Below are positions 1 to 13,713 of a DNA stretch of 64,000 nucleotides, one piece after another; positions within the stretch are counted from its first letter, which is position 1; each line of letters begins with the position of its first letter. Origin of the DNA: Geosiphon pyriformis uo1. Taxonomy: Eukaryota; Fungi; Glomeromycota. Under the pieces are notes generated by a model, which was given only the letters and a program-made list of their open reading frames with translations, was not told where the DNA came from and did not search any database. The stretch is taken from assembly GCA_016748015.1 (NCBI GenBank), contig JAAOMT010000230.1:124001-188000 (forward strand), read 5' to 3'. A program made the translations under genes and the position numbers.

Positions 1-798
1 ATATTATTATATGTAATAAAGTTTAAATTATTTGATTTTAAATATAAAACAAGTTTTTCTGGTTCGTTAAAATTTTTTATCAATTTTTTATTTTTTAATA
101 CTTAATTTATTAATTTAATATTATATGTCAAAGTTACTGCTTTTTAGTTTTTATTTTATAGTGTTTTTTAATATTCTTATTAAATTAAAATTTATTTTTT
201 TAGAATTATAATTGTATAAGTTATTATAGTTAATTAAATTTGTTGTATAGCTTATTAATTTTTAATTAAACTAGTTTTTTTTTATTGTCTATAAAAAAAT
301 TTAGTTTATTAATAAAATAATTAAGTTTATTAATAAAATAATTAAATATTTTTTTTAAAAAAACAAATTAATAATATATTTAATTAGTTGTTAATATGTT
401 TAAAAACTTTGTTAATTTTAAAAAAAAATTAGAAAAAAATTTGGTACTAAATTTTTAAATAATAAAAATATGAATAATAAAACAAGTTTTTTATAAGTAA
501 AAACATTTTTGATTAATTAATAATTTTGTAATATCTTTAAGGTTTCAAAATTAAGAAAAGCGAAAAAGCATTTAAATTGTGATTAAATAAATTAATTAAG
601 AATATTAATTATTTAAATTGTTGTATCAATAAGATAAAAGCACAGAATTTGTTTTTATTGTTTGATTTTAAAAAAAAAATGATTGGCTTAAGTGATTAAT
701 TACACATTATTTGTAGTACAAATTATGTTTAATGTATAATACTTAAGTTGTATAATATAATGCCTATTGAATTATTTAATTTTAAGCAAAAAAAAAAG
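1..798 (+). mobile_element. 3' end of a heavily decayed ORF1-only LINE-related element
   Basis: Decayed translation (LNYLILNIK, NLILYVKVTA, KLL*LIKFVV*LINFLIKLV) matches the post-zinc-knuckle part of the ORF1 at 10027-10600. GATTGGCTTAAGTGATTAATTAC at ~681 matches the start of the shared LINE 3' UTR. A-tail at 788-798. Confidence 0.45.
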
Positions 799-821
799 GT
801 GTATAATTAATATATATGTAA

Positions 822-980
<159 letters not shown>

Positions 981-1524
981 GTAAATTAATATAAAATTAT
1001 GATTTGCTTTAATTTAATGTAAAATTGTTTAAAATAAATTATATTGTTATATAATAAAATTTTTTTTTACATAATATATGGTTTTTAATTTATTTAACAT
1101 TGTCAAGTGTTAAAATATCGTTTATTCAAAAAATGGGTTTGTCCTGTGATATTTCCGATTTCCGGAAATATCATCGATCTCTTTAACACATACCAAGCGA
1201 CTAGCTGCTAGTGAACTAGTGCTTGCATCAAATTTGCATAGAACCTCGAAGAATTTATCCGCACTAAAAATGCAGCAAACAATCACTTTGAAACAGTGCC
1301 GAGAACTAGTGTTACACCATTCGTTCGCCCTGCGACCTTATCATTTGACTAATAGTTTGTATAAAAAGTAAATTTCAACCTATTCAGATAAACTTTACCC
1401 CTTTCCCTATAATCCTTTTTCCCTTTATATCTCCAATAATATATAAGTTTAGAGTCTTAAGCGTCCTTAGCAAAATAATTTCACTTTAATACCTTATCTT
1501 TTTCAAAAAAAACAAAAAAAACAA

Positions 1525-3984
1525 ATGCCAGCAGCTGCAGCCGAGACAGGGATCCATGAAAGTCCCTTCGAAATGAACCAGGAAGATGTTCCGATGGACA
1601 CTACAAGTTTTTTGCCTTTAGTCTTACAGGCCCAAGACCTCATTTCAAAACTTGAAAATAGAGTAGTAGAGTTAGAAAGCGATCTTGAGGTAAGCTTCTC
1701 AGTCTTGTAACTTTTGGAAATTATTTCCGGGTATTTGATTGAGTTCTCTCCAGTTAAAAGATTTTCAAGGAATTTTTCAATTCACATTTGATATATAATT
1801 ATATTATTAATCGGATAGACCATTAATGAGGCTCATGAACAAGAACGTGAGCAATTACTACAAGAAATCGGCGAAAAGGATGAATATATACATAACTTGA
1901 AAACCAAAGTTAGTAGACTTGAGTTCGGAGCACGGGAGGCTATTGTCGTGCTAGCGCGTACAGTGGAAATGCTCAAGGCACAAAATATTGAGGATGATGA
2001 TGATATTAGTAGTAAGGAAGACGATGATGCTACGGCTGTCGAATCCACTGATTTGGAGGGACAATTTCTTGATAGTATTAAGCTCTGTCTAAACTATTTG
2101 AAAAACTCACAAAATAATTTAAGAGCCCCGCGAAACCATAATGGAAATCATCACGAAAATCCTCAAAATTCTCAGAGGCAGATTATTGATTCTGAAACCA
2201 AACCGTTATCACCACCACCTGTCAGACGTGACTCATCGAATAAACCAGTGAAAACAATAGAAGAAGAGGTCGAGAACCTTGTTGCTTCTACAGAAAATGA
2301 TCCAAATAATACTACTGATGTTCAACGTCGAGAATCGATTAGTAGTAGTCATGTTTCATTGGACGATATCAATGGTTTAGATGAATATGAATTGGATGGC
2401 TCGGAAGATATCGCCGAATTTATACTTGATGAAGAAGAAACCAATAAATTTACTGCCCAATATGAATTGACAAAAACAAAGGACGAAAAGCCAGAATCGC
2501 AGGTTATTAACCAATGCCATTCTCCTCAGGATAATGGCTCGGATTTATCGATTGAAATAGATAATCGAGAAAATGATCCTCTCGAACATGATCACCTTAG
2601 AATAGAAAGTGATGATTATTTAGAAAGGGAGCTTGATTCAGGTGATGACGAAGAGACAGTGGACGAAGAGGATGAAAAGGAAGATGACCCAAATGCCCTT
2701 CCTCGACTTGGACCTATCGAGAACGTCTCTCATCAAACACAAAGCATTTGTCCTAACTGTGAATCATTGCTAGAACAAGTTGATCAGCATATAGAAGAAA
2801 GAGCTTACATTAAACGTGATCTATCAGCAATGGCAATTTCCCTTTCAGAAGAGCAAGCCCTTCGTGTTCAGACACAAAATGCTAAGGAGGATTTGGAATT
2901 GGAAATTGATGACTGGGTGAACGCAATGTTTGAAAAAGTCAATCAAATGGTATTTGATGAAGCTAATTCACGTGAAGAATTGGAAATTCTAAATCGGGAG
3001 GCCAAGGGAAAGCTGGGGAACGCATTGAAGGCATCTGCTTCAAGAGAGGACCGATTACGTGATATGAAATTACTCTTGGTTCACCTGGACTCGATCAAGC
3101 AGAGGCAGGGAGCACCAACCCCTACACCCCCTCCAGGAATATTGAGCAGAACCTCAAGTATTCGAAGAAGTATAATGTCCAACTCTCCGATGAATAGCCC
3201 ACGTGTTAGCAAAAACTTTGGCCACATGTCACCTAGTCTTTTTTCAGCTTCGATGGAAGATTTTATGTTTGCAAAGGGTAGAAAAGTGTATATTGATGGG
3301 ATTATATATGAAGAATTCCAGGAATACGTTAAATCTTTCACCACTAATCCTCCACCGAACAGTCTTAACCTTAATTCATCATATATGAAACGGTGTATGA
3401 TAGAAGATATTCAGCCGTGTTTGTTCGAAGGAAATTCCGGTTGGAAATCCCCATTCTATAAAAGACGTCTTCTTGATGCTATAATAAAAAATCAATGCGA
3501 AATACAAACTATATACTTTAATACATCAATGCCTAGCACACCTACTACTAGTCAAATTAGCATATCATCACGTTCCAGTTACCAAGAACCACCGCCAGCT
3601 CCCAAAGTAAAATGCGGTTTATGTGGATGTTTACGTAGTTGCGATTTCCGAATGAGAATTTCAGGACCTGATGTTGCAGTCCCACCCTCAGCAACTTCTT
3701 TAAATTCCGCAAATTTATCTGTTACGGAAAGACCCGGATGGATTTTGCTTGATCGTTTCTGTCGTGATCGTATTGTGGCAGTTTGCGATTTTTATGGTTA
3801 TCTTTCGCATTTGCGTCAGGGATTGCTAGCAAACTCACCAGTTTGGGGAATTTACAAACAATGCCTTAGACATCGCAGAAAGATGGGAATGGCTCGTGTT
3901 GGTAGTGTGAGCATGTTTGAAAACGATGAGAGCAATGATTTCGAAAGCTCTGATCTGGAAGGGATGGTTGTAATTGTTCATTAA
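1525..3984 (+). CDS. Sec2/Rabin8-like Rab guanine-nucleotide exchange factor family protein, ~776 aa; exons 1525-1689 and 1819-3984
   Basis: Intron GTAAGC(1690)...TAG(1818) joins the two ORFs in frame. Sec2-type coiled coil (KEDLELEIDDWVNAMFEKVNQMV) and the Sec2/Rabin C-terminal Cys domain (EDIQPCL; KCGLCG...CDFRMR...DRFCRDRIVAVCDFYGYLSHLRQGL). Confidence 0.75.
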
Positions 3985-6043
3985 GTTCCGATTCCTAACG
4001 GTTCTCATGGATGGACAATAGACGGCGGAAAACGATTAATTTTCATATAGCGTCGATATGAGTCATTTCATTTTATCTTTGGGCAGTTAATTATAATAGG
4101 CACTAAATGATGTTTGACCAGATAACTTTATTCACATCGCGTTGGATTTCATCGTCTATCTTTAATCGAAAGCGATAATGCTTCCTTTTGCTCGCCTTTG
4201 GCATTTCCACTCCTCGGTAACGGTCCGTCCTCTCCAATATGATAATTATATCCGCAATTTTGGAATAATTTTCTTGGGTATGGGCCACATCAAGTTCATT
4301 ATGGCGTGGCCATCATCTTGGCATATCATTTTAGTCCATCAATAATAAAAATAGAATTGGCATTTAAATTGACTTTTATTTCTTTGTTCTCTTAAATATA
4401 TATATGCACGTAAGTTTTAGTCATTTATTTACATATATGTATTTTTTTATGTCAAACTCATCGGCCCCTTAACATTTCTTATAAATACCCTCTTCCCTGA
4501 TATCTTATTCATGTATCATCACCTTATCTTTACTCAAAAATTCAAATTTTATCACATTCTCATCTTGTTCTGTGGAGAAAAATAAACATTATGGTTAAGG
4601 AAAAGCGTTTTTCTCAACAAAATACCAACAAATATTTTTATAACTTTCACTAAACAATAAACGCATCACTGAATTGACTTGTTAGGACACATGGCCCTTC
4701 ATTGGAAAGGAAATTATAGCAAATACTGTGCCAGTGCGGTATTTGTCTAATGCTATTTATGCCCCTAAACGATTCCTCTGGTCATAATTACATCAAATTA
4801 ATTTATCTTCCTTTTGGACAACATTTGCGGATCCAAATTATACTGTACTTGCATATTAAAAAGTGGGATGTTAAAGGAAATTAAATTGTGGAAATATTTT
4901 TTATTACTTGCATTCTAAATTCACATATGTAAATCTTTTTAATCAGTAGACTTGTAGATAAAATTTTTTTATATTTTCCTCAATTCACATAACCATGTGT
5001 GCGTACATTTCATCGCGTTTTTTTATATACACGAAATTTGACATTGTTATTTGTTACTAATTATAAAACAGTTCCTATCAGCCAATAAAGTTATCAACAA
5101 ACTTATTTTTGGATATTATAGGCTCCGTTTATTGGGTTTTCGATATGATCTTGTATAAACAGGGTTATCATTGTTTTGGACTTAAAAGCCACAACATAAA
5201 AATAAACTTAAAAATTTTTTTTTTTTTAGATTAATTAGTAATATACGGTTATTATTATATTACATTTTTATCTATTCAAAATTATTATTACATTACAAAA
5301 ACACATCTTTAATTTTTTTTTAAATATTTGCATTTTAGAAATAGATTATAAGTTTTACAAAATAAAAAAAAAGCCATTAGTGTAAAAATGGCTTTTTTAA
5401 TGATGAATTTTGATATACATTACTAAGTAGTCTAGCAGCCTAACGGAATACGATCCTCCATTCTTTCAAGACGAGAAATTAGAATTTTTAAGGTCTCACC
5501 ACCCAAAACCGTTTCATGTATAGCGTTAATGTTCAATCTATTATTACTTTTACTATTATTATTATTTTATTATTATTATGTTATCAATTATAAATCAATC
5601 CAGTCACACCGGCACTTTTTCACATTTGGCAATCCATTTACCATCAGATTTATCCCATAATGGTTGCACAATTATCATTCCATTATTGTATATAATTCTA
5701 AAATTGAGCACAATATATTGTGTTGATAAGAAAGGAGAGATAGTTGGCAATCCCCTCGATAAGGACGGAATTGGGATTTTATCCCTCCAATCAACACACA
5801 TTGTGTTTAAGGCATTTGTCGACCCTCTTGTGGGGAAGACGTCTTAAAAGTTTTTTTTTAATTGGTTACAAGTATAGATTGGCAAGAGGTAACGATTCTA
5901 TTTATTGTTTTGCTGAAAATGAAGCTAAATTTTTTAATCTTGTTATTTACTAGTCAAATCGAAGTAAATTTTCATACCAATAAGGTGGCACATAAAAACA
6001 TCGTTTTAAATATGGGTTTTTAATAACAAAAGTCTTTCTACAC

Positions 6044-9036
6044 TCAATTGTCTACACCAAAATTTTCAGCGACAATCCCATTTTTATTTTTTCGTAGATC
6101 TTTTATTCTTACCGCAACTGCGTTACGATGTGCCTCTAATCCTTCCACCTCTGCTAACCGCATTACTGTATCTCCCAAACGATTCAAACCATCCTTCGTT
6201 AGCTGTTGGGCCGTAATATGTTTCAGGAAAGTTAGGGTGCTAACTCCGGAGTACATTCTCGCGTAACCATAGGTTGGAAGGGTATGATTAGTCCCTGAGG
6301 CGTAATCTCCACAACTAAATCAATAAATATGTTAAGAATTTGTCCTGCTGACAAGATCTCATGTATAATCTAACGCTTTAATTATGCAAGGTGGTCCAGC
6401 ATTCGCACACATGAACTTTCTTTTTATTAAAAAAAAATCTTACCTTTCTGGAGAAAAGGAGCCCACAAAGACACTACCTGCATTTTCTACTTTCTCTACC
6501 CATTTTTCGGCATCCACTAAATGCAATATTAGATGTTCAGGTGCGTAATCATTAGAGAAGCGCATAGCATCCTCCATATTATCAACCTCCCAGATAAAAC
6601 TTTTGGCAATTGATTCACGGACAATTTCCACTCGCGGCAGACGGGAAGCTTGATCATGGATTTCCTGTTCAATCGCTTCCAGATGTTTTGGAGATAATGA
6701 TACAGCAACAAGTACAACTTGAGAATCTGTCCCATGTTCAGCTTGTGATAGCAAGTCGGAAGCGACGTAAATCGGATTACTCGTATTGTCAGCTATTACT
6801 AATAGTTCAGAAGGTCCAGCAGGCATATCAATAGCAACCATCGCAGAACTGTCATTCTTTAATGATAACAAGATAAATTTTTAGGCATATAAGTAAATTC
6901 AAAGTACGTCAAGCTTTGAAGTGAAGAACATTGCTCACTTGGGCTAGCATTTTGGCAGCTGTAACATACTGATTTCCAGGTCCACATATTTTGTCAACTT
7001 TTGGAATAGATTCGGTACCATAGGCCAAAGCCGCCACAGCTTGGGCACCTCCAGCTAGCACTACCTTAGTAGCCCCAACTTTATGGGCAACATAAAGGAC
7101 TTCTGGAACCACAGTTCCATCCTTACGAGGTGGAGTGACAATAATTATTTGTTTGCAACCTGCCACTTTCGCTGGTATACCTAACATGAGCGTTGTAGAT
7201 GGGAGAATTGCAGTGCCTCCCGGCACATAGAGACCTACTTTTTCAATAGGTCTGCTGAAACGAGAGCATAAAACTCCTGGCATAGTCTCAACAATCAATG
7301 TTGAACGGTCGTACTGTGCTTCGTGAAATTTATAGATATTCTCGTAGGCTTGATCAATTGCAGCACGTGTGATATCATCTAATGCCATTGCATCTAGTGA
7401 AAATGGGGCCGAAATAACAGGGCTCTTAAGGTCCACCCCGTCAAATTTTAGGGTGAAGTCAAGAAGTGCAGCGTCTCCTCTTTTTTGCACATCTTCAACA
7501 ATTGGTCTAACCCTTGCCAGTAAATCCTCAGATTGAATAATTGGGCGTAGGAGTAATGAAGATCTTTTCTGTGCAGAAATCTCAGATGAACGGAATTTTT
7601 GCATTTTAATCTTCCCTGGCTTAGAAAGGGGTTCTAAAAGAGATTTAGAGGATGGATCATCAATTACTTTTTTTAATGTAGCTGTCGTGGCCTCGCTCTT
7701 TGATTTGGCGGATATATCCCACTGAGGTTTTGCGTTTCCTAGCCTCCGAGTGATTTTTTTTGCACGTTTATCCAATTGTTCTTCCACGTCTGACAATGTG
7801 ACATTATTTGCTATACATTTAGCAAGTGTAAAATAAATTAAATCGGCTGCTTCCCACGCAATATCATTTTTTGTAGTAGCTGAACATAGCTCATCAGCTT
7901 CTTCCATAATCTTTGAACGAAGGAGATCTGGATTCTGAAAAAGCCTTTGTGTATATGAGCCAACAGGTGCAGATGTTTTACGACTTATAAGAGTTTTTTC
8001 CAGGGCATTTAGTCCAGTATCAGGACCAAAACAGCTACGTGTGTTCAAATGACAAAATCCTACATTAAGAATACATTGATTAGAAAGAGAGGCTTTAATT
8101 TAGTATGATTGTTTACTTACCACTTCCATGTTGCTTCACAACAAATCTTAAGGCATCGCTGTCACAGTCTATATCTACCCTTCGTAATTCTTGTACTGCC
8201 CCCGATGTTGCCCCTTTATACCAAAGCCCTCTTTTTCTACTTTGATACACGCCTTTTCCAGTTCTTAAAGACTCACGCAGACTTTCTTTTGAAGTATATA
8301 CTACACCTAAAGCTACACCTCTCTCATCAACTACTATGGTTGTGAATAAGCCATCGGGTCGGTCAGAAATTAGACTACACGTTAACACGTCCGCGATATT
8401 AACTTTTAGGGATTCCCCTTCAGTTGATTCAGTTGTCACGTGTTCAGTGGGGATAACTAGATGGGCATTAATAAAAGAGATTTGTTGAATGACCTCTAGA
8501 GGAGCCACAAAGCTTGGGGGCATAATCACACCAACTTCCGCAAGACCTCCAGAGGGTAGTTTAACTTGATGAGCTACCTTGACAAAATTTTCAATACCAT
8601 CTAAAAGAGTTGAAGAAAATCGATTTCCTGTAGATTCGGAACTAATCAATATTTCTTCCTCCACGCTCACTATATATCCGGATACTGAGCCCGATAAAGC
8701 AGAAAAGGTTTCCTTTGAGGTGTTATATGATAAACTTGCAGCTAATCTTTCAGTTGGTATTTCAGCGAATTTAGACGCTATAATAAGTGAAGCGGGAACG
8801 ACTACTTTGGCAGCGCCTGCGTCGAGAATTTGTATAAAGGTTTGAATTTCAAAAGTTTCAAGGACATTTTGAAAATAAACCCAGTAGTTTTGCAAGGGGT
8901 ATTTTTGGAGAAAAGATTCTAAAGCAGAGATTTCACTTAAGCTAGTAAGTGAAATAATAATACTTCCGATAAGATTAGTAGAATTAACTAAAGAGTTGGG
9001 TGGGGGACTAGTAAGATTTATGATTGAAAGAACCAT
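6044..9036 (-). CDS. HIS4: Histidine biosynthesis trifunctional protein (HisI cyclohydrolase / HisE pyrophosphohydrolase / HisD histidinol dehydrogenase), ~906 aa; exons 9036-8121, 8059-6939, 6856-6444, 6314-6044
   Basis: Motifs [27 protein letters not shown] (HisI), [23 protein letters not shown] (HisE), and [50 protein letters not shown] (HisD). Three GT-AG introns (8120-8060, 6938-6857, 6443-6315) give a 2721-nt open frame. Confidence 0.96.
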
Positions 9037-9749
9037 TATTCTCAATTTAACTCTGTGAAGCTAATACTATACAGACCACAGTCTGCTTTTTTAACTTTGA
9101 AGATTAATCTGGTATTAGCTGATAATCTATAAATTTTCCATTATTAATAGTCGATCTTGAGTATTAATTGCTTTAAATCGATTAACTATTTTAGATTTTA
9201 AAACAAAAATACAATATTTTATTAGTTCATATTAGATATTGATCTTTAATATTATTTTTATTTGACTATTTTAATATAAATAATGATAATAATAATTACA
9301 AAAAATCGGTTTTTTAAACAGTTGTTGTTGTTGCTGTTTTTATGCGATAACGAGTGTGATCCAGCCGCTACCTAAATTATTATTATTTTAGTCAAACTTA
9401 TTAACAATATATATAAAAAGTTCTAATAAAAACCAAAATAATATTTAACCATAATATTGTTGCAATAATACAAATTCCTTGGAATTTAATTGAATTTAAT
9501 ATTTTTACCAGTTAAAATAAATTATAAATCTGTTTACCAAAAAAATTTGCTGTTTTTTCAAATTTAGATGATATTTATTAATAATTATAAAATTATTTAT
9601 AATTCAAAATTTATAAAATAAAAAACAAATAACTTAAATATTTTAAATCAAAATTATTATAATCAAAGTATTAAAATGAAAAAATAATTAAATTAAGTTC
9701 TATTATAATATTATAATGATTTTTTTTCAAGTTATTAATATATATATAT

Positions 9750-12050
9750 TTTTATTATAAGATTTAATAAGCAAGACCCAATTATTATCTAGAAAATAGG
9801 AACAAAACTAAGTGTTCTAGTGCTAAATATAGTTTATGTGCTTTCTATATGTAATCAGCTACTCAAACCAGTTCAGACTATGCTAAGTTAATACAACAGA
9901 AAAAAACTTACCCAAAGATAATATCTATTAAATAACTTCAAACAAAGTAATATTATAAAAGATCAATTCAACCAGCTATTCAGCTGTCTTTAAAGAATTA
10001 GTTTTAACACTAACAGATTTATGAGCCTAAAGAGACATTAAGTTAAAAAACATATTATCATCTATGCCAATTAAATGCTTTGAATTATTAGACATATTAA
10101 TATTATTCAAGCAACACTTTTTTTTCAAAGAAACCATTTCTTTTTCCAGCTTACCAACAATTTTGCTAAAAAAATCCAGATAAACCATAAACTTATTGAC
10201 CTTTAAACTAAGAATAGTGCTTGAGGTAAAATTATCCTTAATAAAATATTCAAATACAATAACCAATACACTAATAAGTTTAATAATTGATTCAACCAAA
10301 ACTGACAACTTAACTAAATTAGATTCCAGAAACACCAACCAAGAGGAAAACAAAGAATTACCAACAATTACAGAAGAAAAAACAGAAGCTACCAAAGGAG
10401 AAAACTCAGAAAGATTTAAACAAACAGAGGTCTTAACATAAGAAACATTACTTACAAAATATAATTTAAATATTTTAAGAACCATAAAAAAGAGAAATAG
10501 AAAAATAGTACAGTTTGCAATCAGATGACTTATCTTTTGGTATTTAAAGCAGCATTAACAACCAAAAGTTTTCCACTAAATACAACATCTTTTTAGTGTA
10601 CCAGTTTTAACAACTGTAGAGTTCAAATTAACTTAAAAGTCAAATGTAATCAGAGCAAACTGGAAAAAATAACCAGAATTAAGTAAATAAGAAATAAAAC
10701 AAGTCTGATTACCAACTTAAAAAATCATATTACTAATCTCAAAAACAGTACAGTTAAAAGAAAGATTGACCAACTTGGTTCTAAACCTATCATGAAACAA
10801 AATGGTTTCTTTTTGATTTACAAAGAGAAAAATCTAAACACTATTTTTGTCCACCAATATTAACTAGTAATTGAGAACAAATACAGCAGCATCCAATTTA
10901 TTAAAATAAACAACCACTTATTGCCAAACACCAATAAACTTCAGCATAACATGAGAAATCTCATTAAAGACACCAAAAGCTAACTTAATATTAGCAGCAG
11001 ACACATCTAAGGGCATATTATACAGCATAACAACAGTAAAAAAGAAACCAGACTCAGAAACCACCAAAGACTTGGCAATTTTAAGAGTGACAAAACAAAC
11101 AGAACTTGTAAGCTTAACCAAAAATACAGCATTCAAAGAATTTTGAAAAACAAATTTCATACAAAAAAGCTTTATATTGTCTTTTAATACTGACTTTACA
11201 TCCAAAAAACCATATACAAACTAAAAAACAGTTCTAATATGAGCCAATTTGATCTTAAAAATATTATCAGATATTAGAATAAAAATTACTTATCCAGTAA
11301 ATTTTTGATAAATAATAATGATTTTCCAAACACCACCAATGATAGCATTAGAAACCAGAGAAAATAATTTAATTTCTATTTGATCAACCCAGTTTTCAAA
11401 AACAGATGACTTAATAAAAGATGATTGCTTTGCTTCTAAAACCAGCAAAAATTTACTGGAAAGCATTAGATTTGACAACACAATCAATGGTTAATTTTGG
11501 CTTATTTTGAATAATATGCTGGATAAAACAGTAGAGATTTCATCTAAGATTTTAGTTAGAATCATAAAGAAGTTTAGTATAATAATAGAAGAGACAAGTG
11601 ATTGCTTTTACTTTTTTGAATCTTTGGTCTTTTTAACTATTTTGTTTAAAGAAATAGTGCTAGCAATACCAGATGTAGAAGCTATGATAGGGAAGACCAA
11701 CTTGTTAACTAGTCTGTTATTAAAAACTTTTGAATTCTTAAAAAAAATAAAGACAATATTGTAATTAATCCAAATATGTCTCTTTAAGAGAACTTTGACT
11801 GGTAAAAAACCAGTTAAAAATGAGTAAAATGCTTTAGTGGTCACTAAAAACAGCTTATTATTTTTAATATCTAAGAGAAATATAGTTAAGATATTATGTT
11901 TAGTTGTTTTAATAATAGAGAGACCATCTTGTATTGAAACTTTATTAGTTACTATAGAAAAAGTAATAAGTGCAACTTTTTTACTCTTTGTTTTAGTTAT
12001 AATTATAACTTTAAAGAAACAAAAAAGTTATAAAAAATTTTATTTAAGAT
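9750..12050 (-). mobile_element. ORF1-only non-autonomous LINE relative (copy 1): decayed ~700-codon ORF (~12006 to ~9885) followed directly by the LINE 3' UTR and A-tail
   Basis: Collinear minus-strand ORF fragments (11844, 11487, 11205, 10485) are homologous to the LINE ORF1 core (KFIGVWQ vs QLIGLWQ). No endonuclease or RT. Bases 9760-9880 align with the 3' UTR at 59566-59700. Confidence 0.7.
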
Positions 12051-13713
12051 ATTAATATTTTAAAATTGGTTATAATAATAATTAATTTAATTTAAAAAAA
12101 TAGCAAACATTTTAATTAGTAAAGTTAAAATAATATATAATATGTAATTTATAAATTTTTTAACCAAATTAAACAAATTAATTTTTGTAAATATTAAAAA
12201 AAATATTATTATCTTTAAAGCAAAAATAAAAATAAAAATATTATTTATAAACATTTAATAAAAAATTTAATTTGAAAAAATCTTATAATATTTTAAATAA
12301 AAAAATAAAAAAATATTAAAAAATATTAAAAAATAATAAAACATAATAATAAAAAATATAATAATAATAAAAAAATTATAAAAAAAAAACAAAAAAAATA
12401 ATTTTTATTGTAAAAACAATTAAGCAAAATGTTTTAGAAACATTTTTCTTAAATATTAATAATATAAAACTGTTTTTAATAGTTTTTAAAGAATTTTTTT
12501 TGTTGGTAATTTTTTTTCAATCAAAATTTTTTTTAAAAAACACATTAAGATTAATTTTAATATTGTTTCTATTTTTTAAAAAATCTAAAAACTTTTAACA
12601 ATAAATTAGTTAACAAATTGGTTTTTTTTGTTTTTATTACTATTATTATATTAAACTTTTTTATAATTCCAAATAAAAATTTGAATAAAATTTTTGTTAT
12701 AACAATTAGTTTTTTTTCTAATATAAATAAAAACAATAACAATAGATTTTTTATAATAAGCCAAAATTAACTATAAAGTATATTGTTAAAAATAGTATTT
12801 TTTAATAAATTATTACTAGTTTTAAAAAAAAACAAACCAAATTTTTAAATATATTTTTAACCAATTAATTTATTCGATTAACTAAATAAAAATTAAATTA
12901 ATTAATTTTTTTTTGTTTTTTGGTATTATTATTAATAATATTTAAAAACAATTATTAATTATTAAAGATTTATAAAATAGATAATTTTTATTTTAATATT
13001 TAGTTTTATTATTAAAATTAAAATAGTATTATTAAAAACTTTAATTTTTTTGTTATGTTATTAATACTGTTTTGTTGTTAATTTTATTATTAATAAAAAT
13101 TAATAAACTTTTGATAAGCTAATTTATCTTTAAAGTATTTTTTTATTTTTTAAATTTTTTATGTTATTAAATTTATAATAAAATAACCAATTTTGTATCA
13201 ATTATTTTATATAGTTATTTTACAATAAAAATTTTTTTACTGGAATTTTTGTTTATAAATTTTTTAATAATATGCAATTACTTTGTTATTATTAATAAAA
13301 ATCTAAATTATTAATTAACATAAAATTATCTTTATAATTTATATTGTTAATTAATATTTAATTTATTACTTAATATTTTATTAAATTAAATATTATTATC
13401 TAATTAATAATTTAATTTTATAATACATAATATAATTATATATAATAATTAGATATATAATATTTTAAACTATATAATATTTAAAAATTTAATAAAATAT
13501 TTAAAAATTTAATAAAATATATTAAAATAATTAATAATTTATAAAAACAATTTATAGTTTATTAAAATGTATTTTTATTTTTTATTTTTTTTATTGCTTT
13601 ACAAGTAAGCTCTAAACACTACTTAGTGCTATACATCAAAGAAATGATCTAAACTAGGTGTGAATCATGCACTTTCTACACGTAACCAGCCATTTAGGCC
13701 AATCAAAACAACA

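Noticed and set aside
4103-4288. 61-aa minus-strand ORF downstream of the Sec2-like gene
   Set aside because: GTG start, an upstream in-frame stop, and no recognisable homology or clear splice structure.
9388-9394. Gcn4-like site (TGACTAA on the minus strand) upstream of HIS4
   Set aside because: A single imperfect 7-mer in AT-rich DNA is expected by chance.
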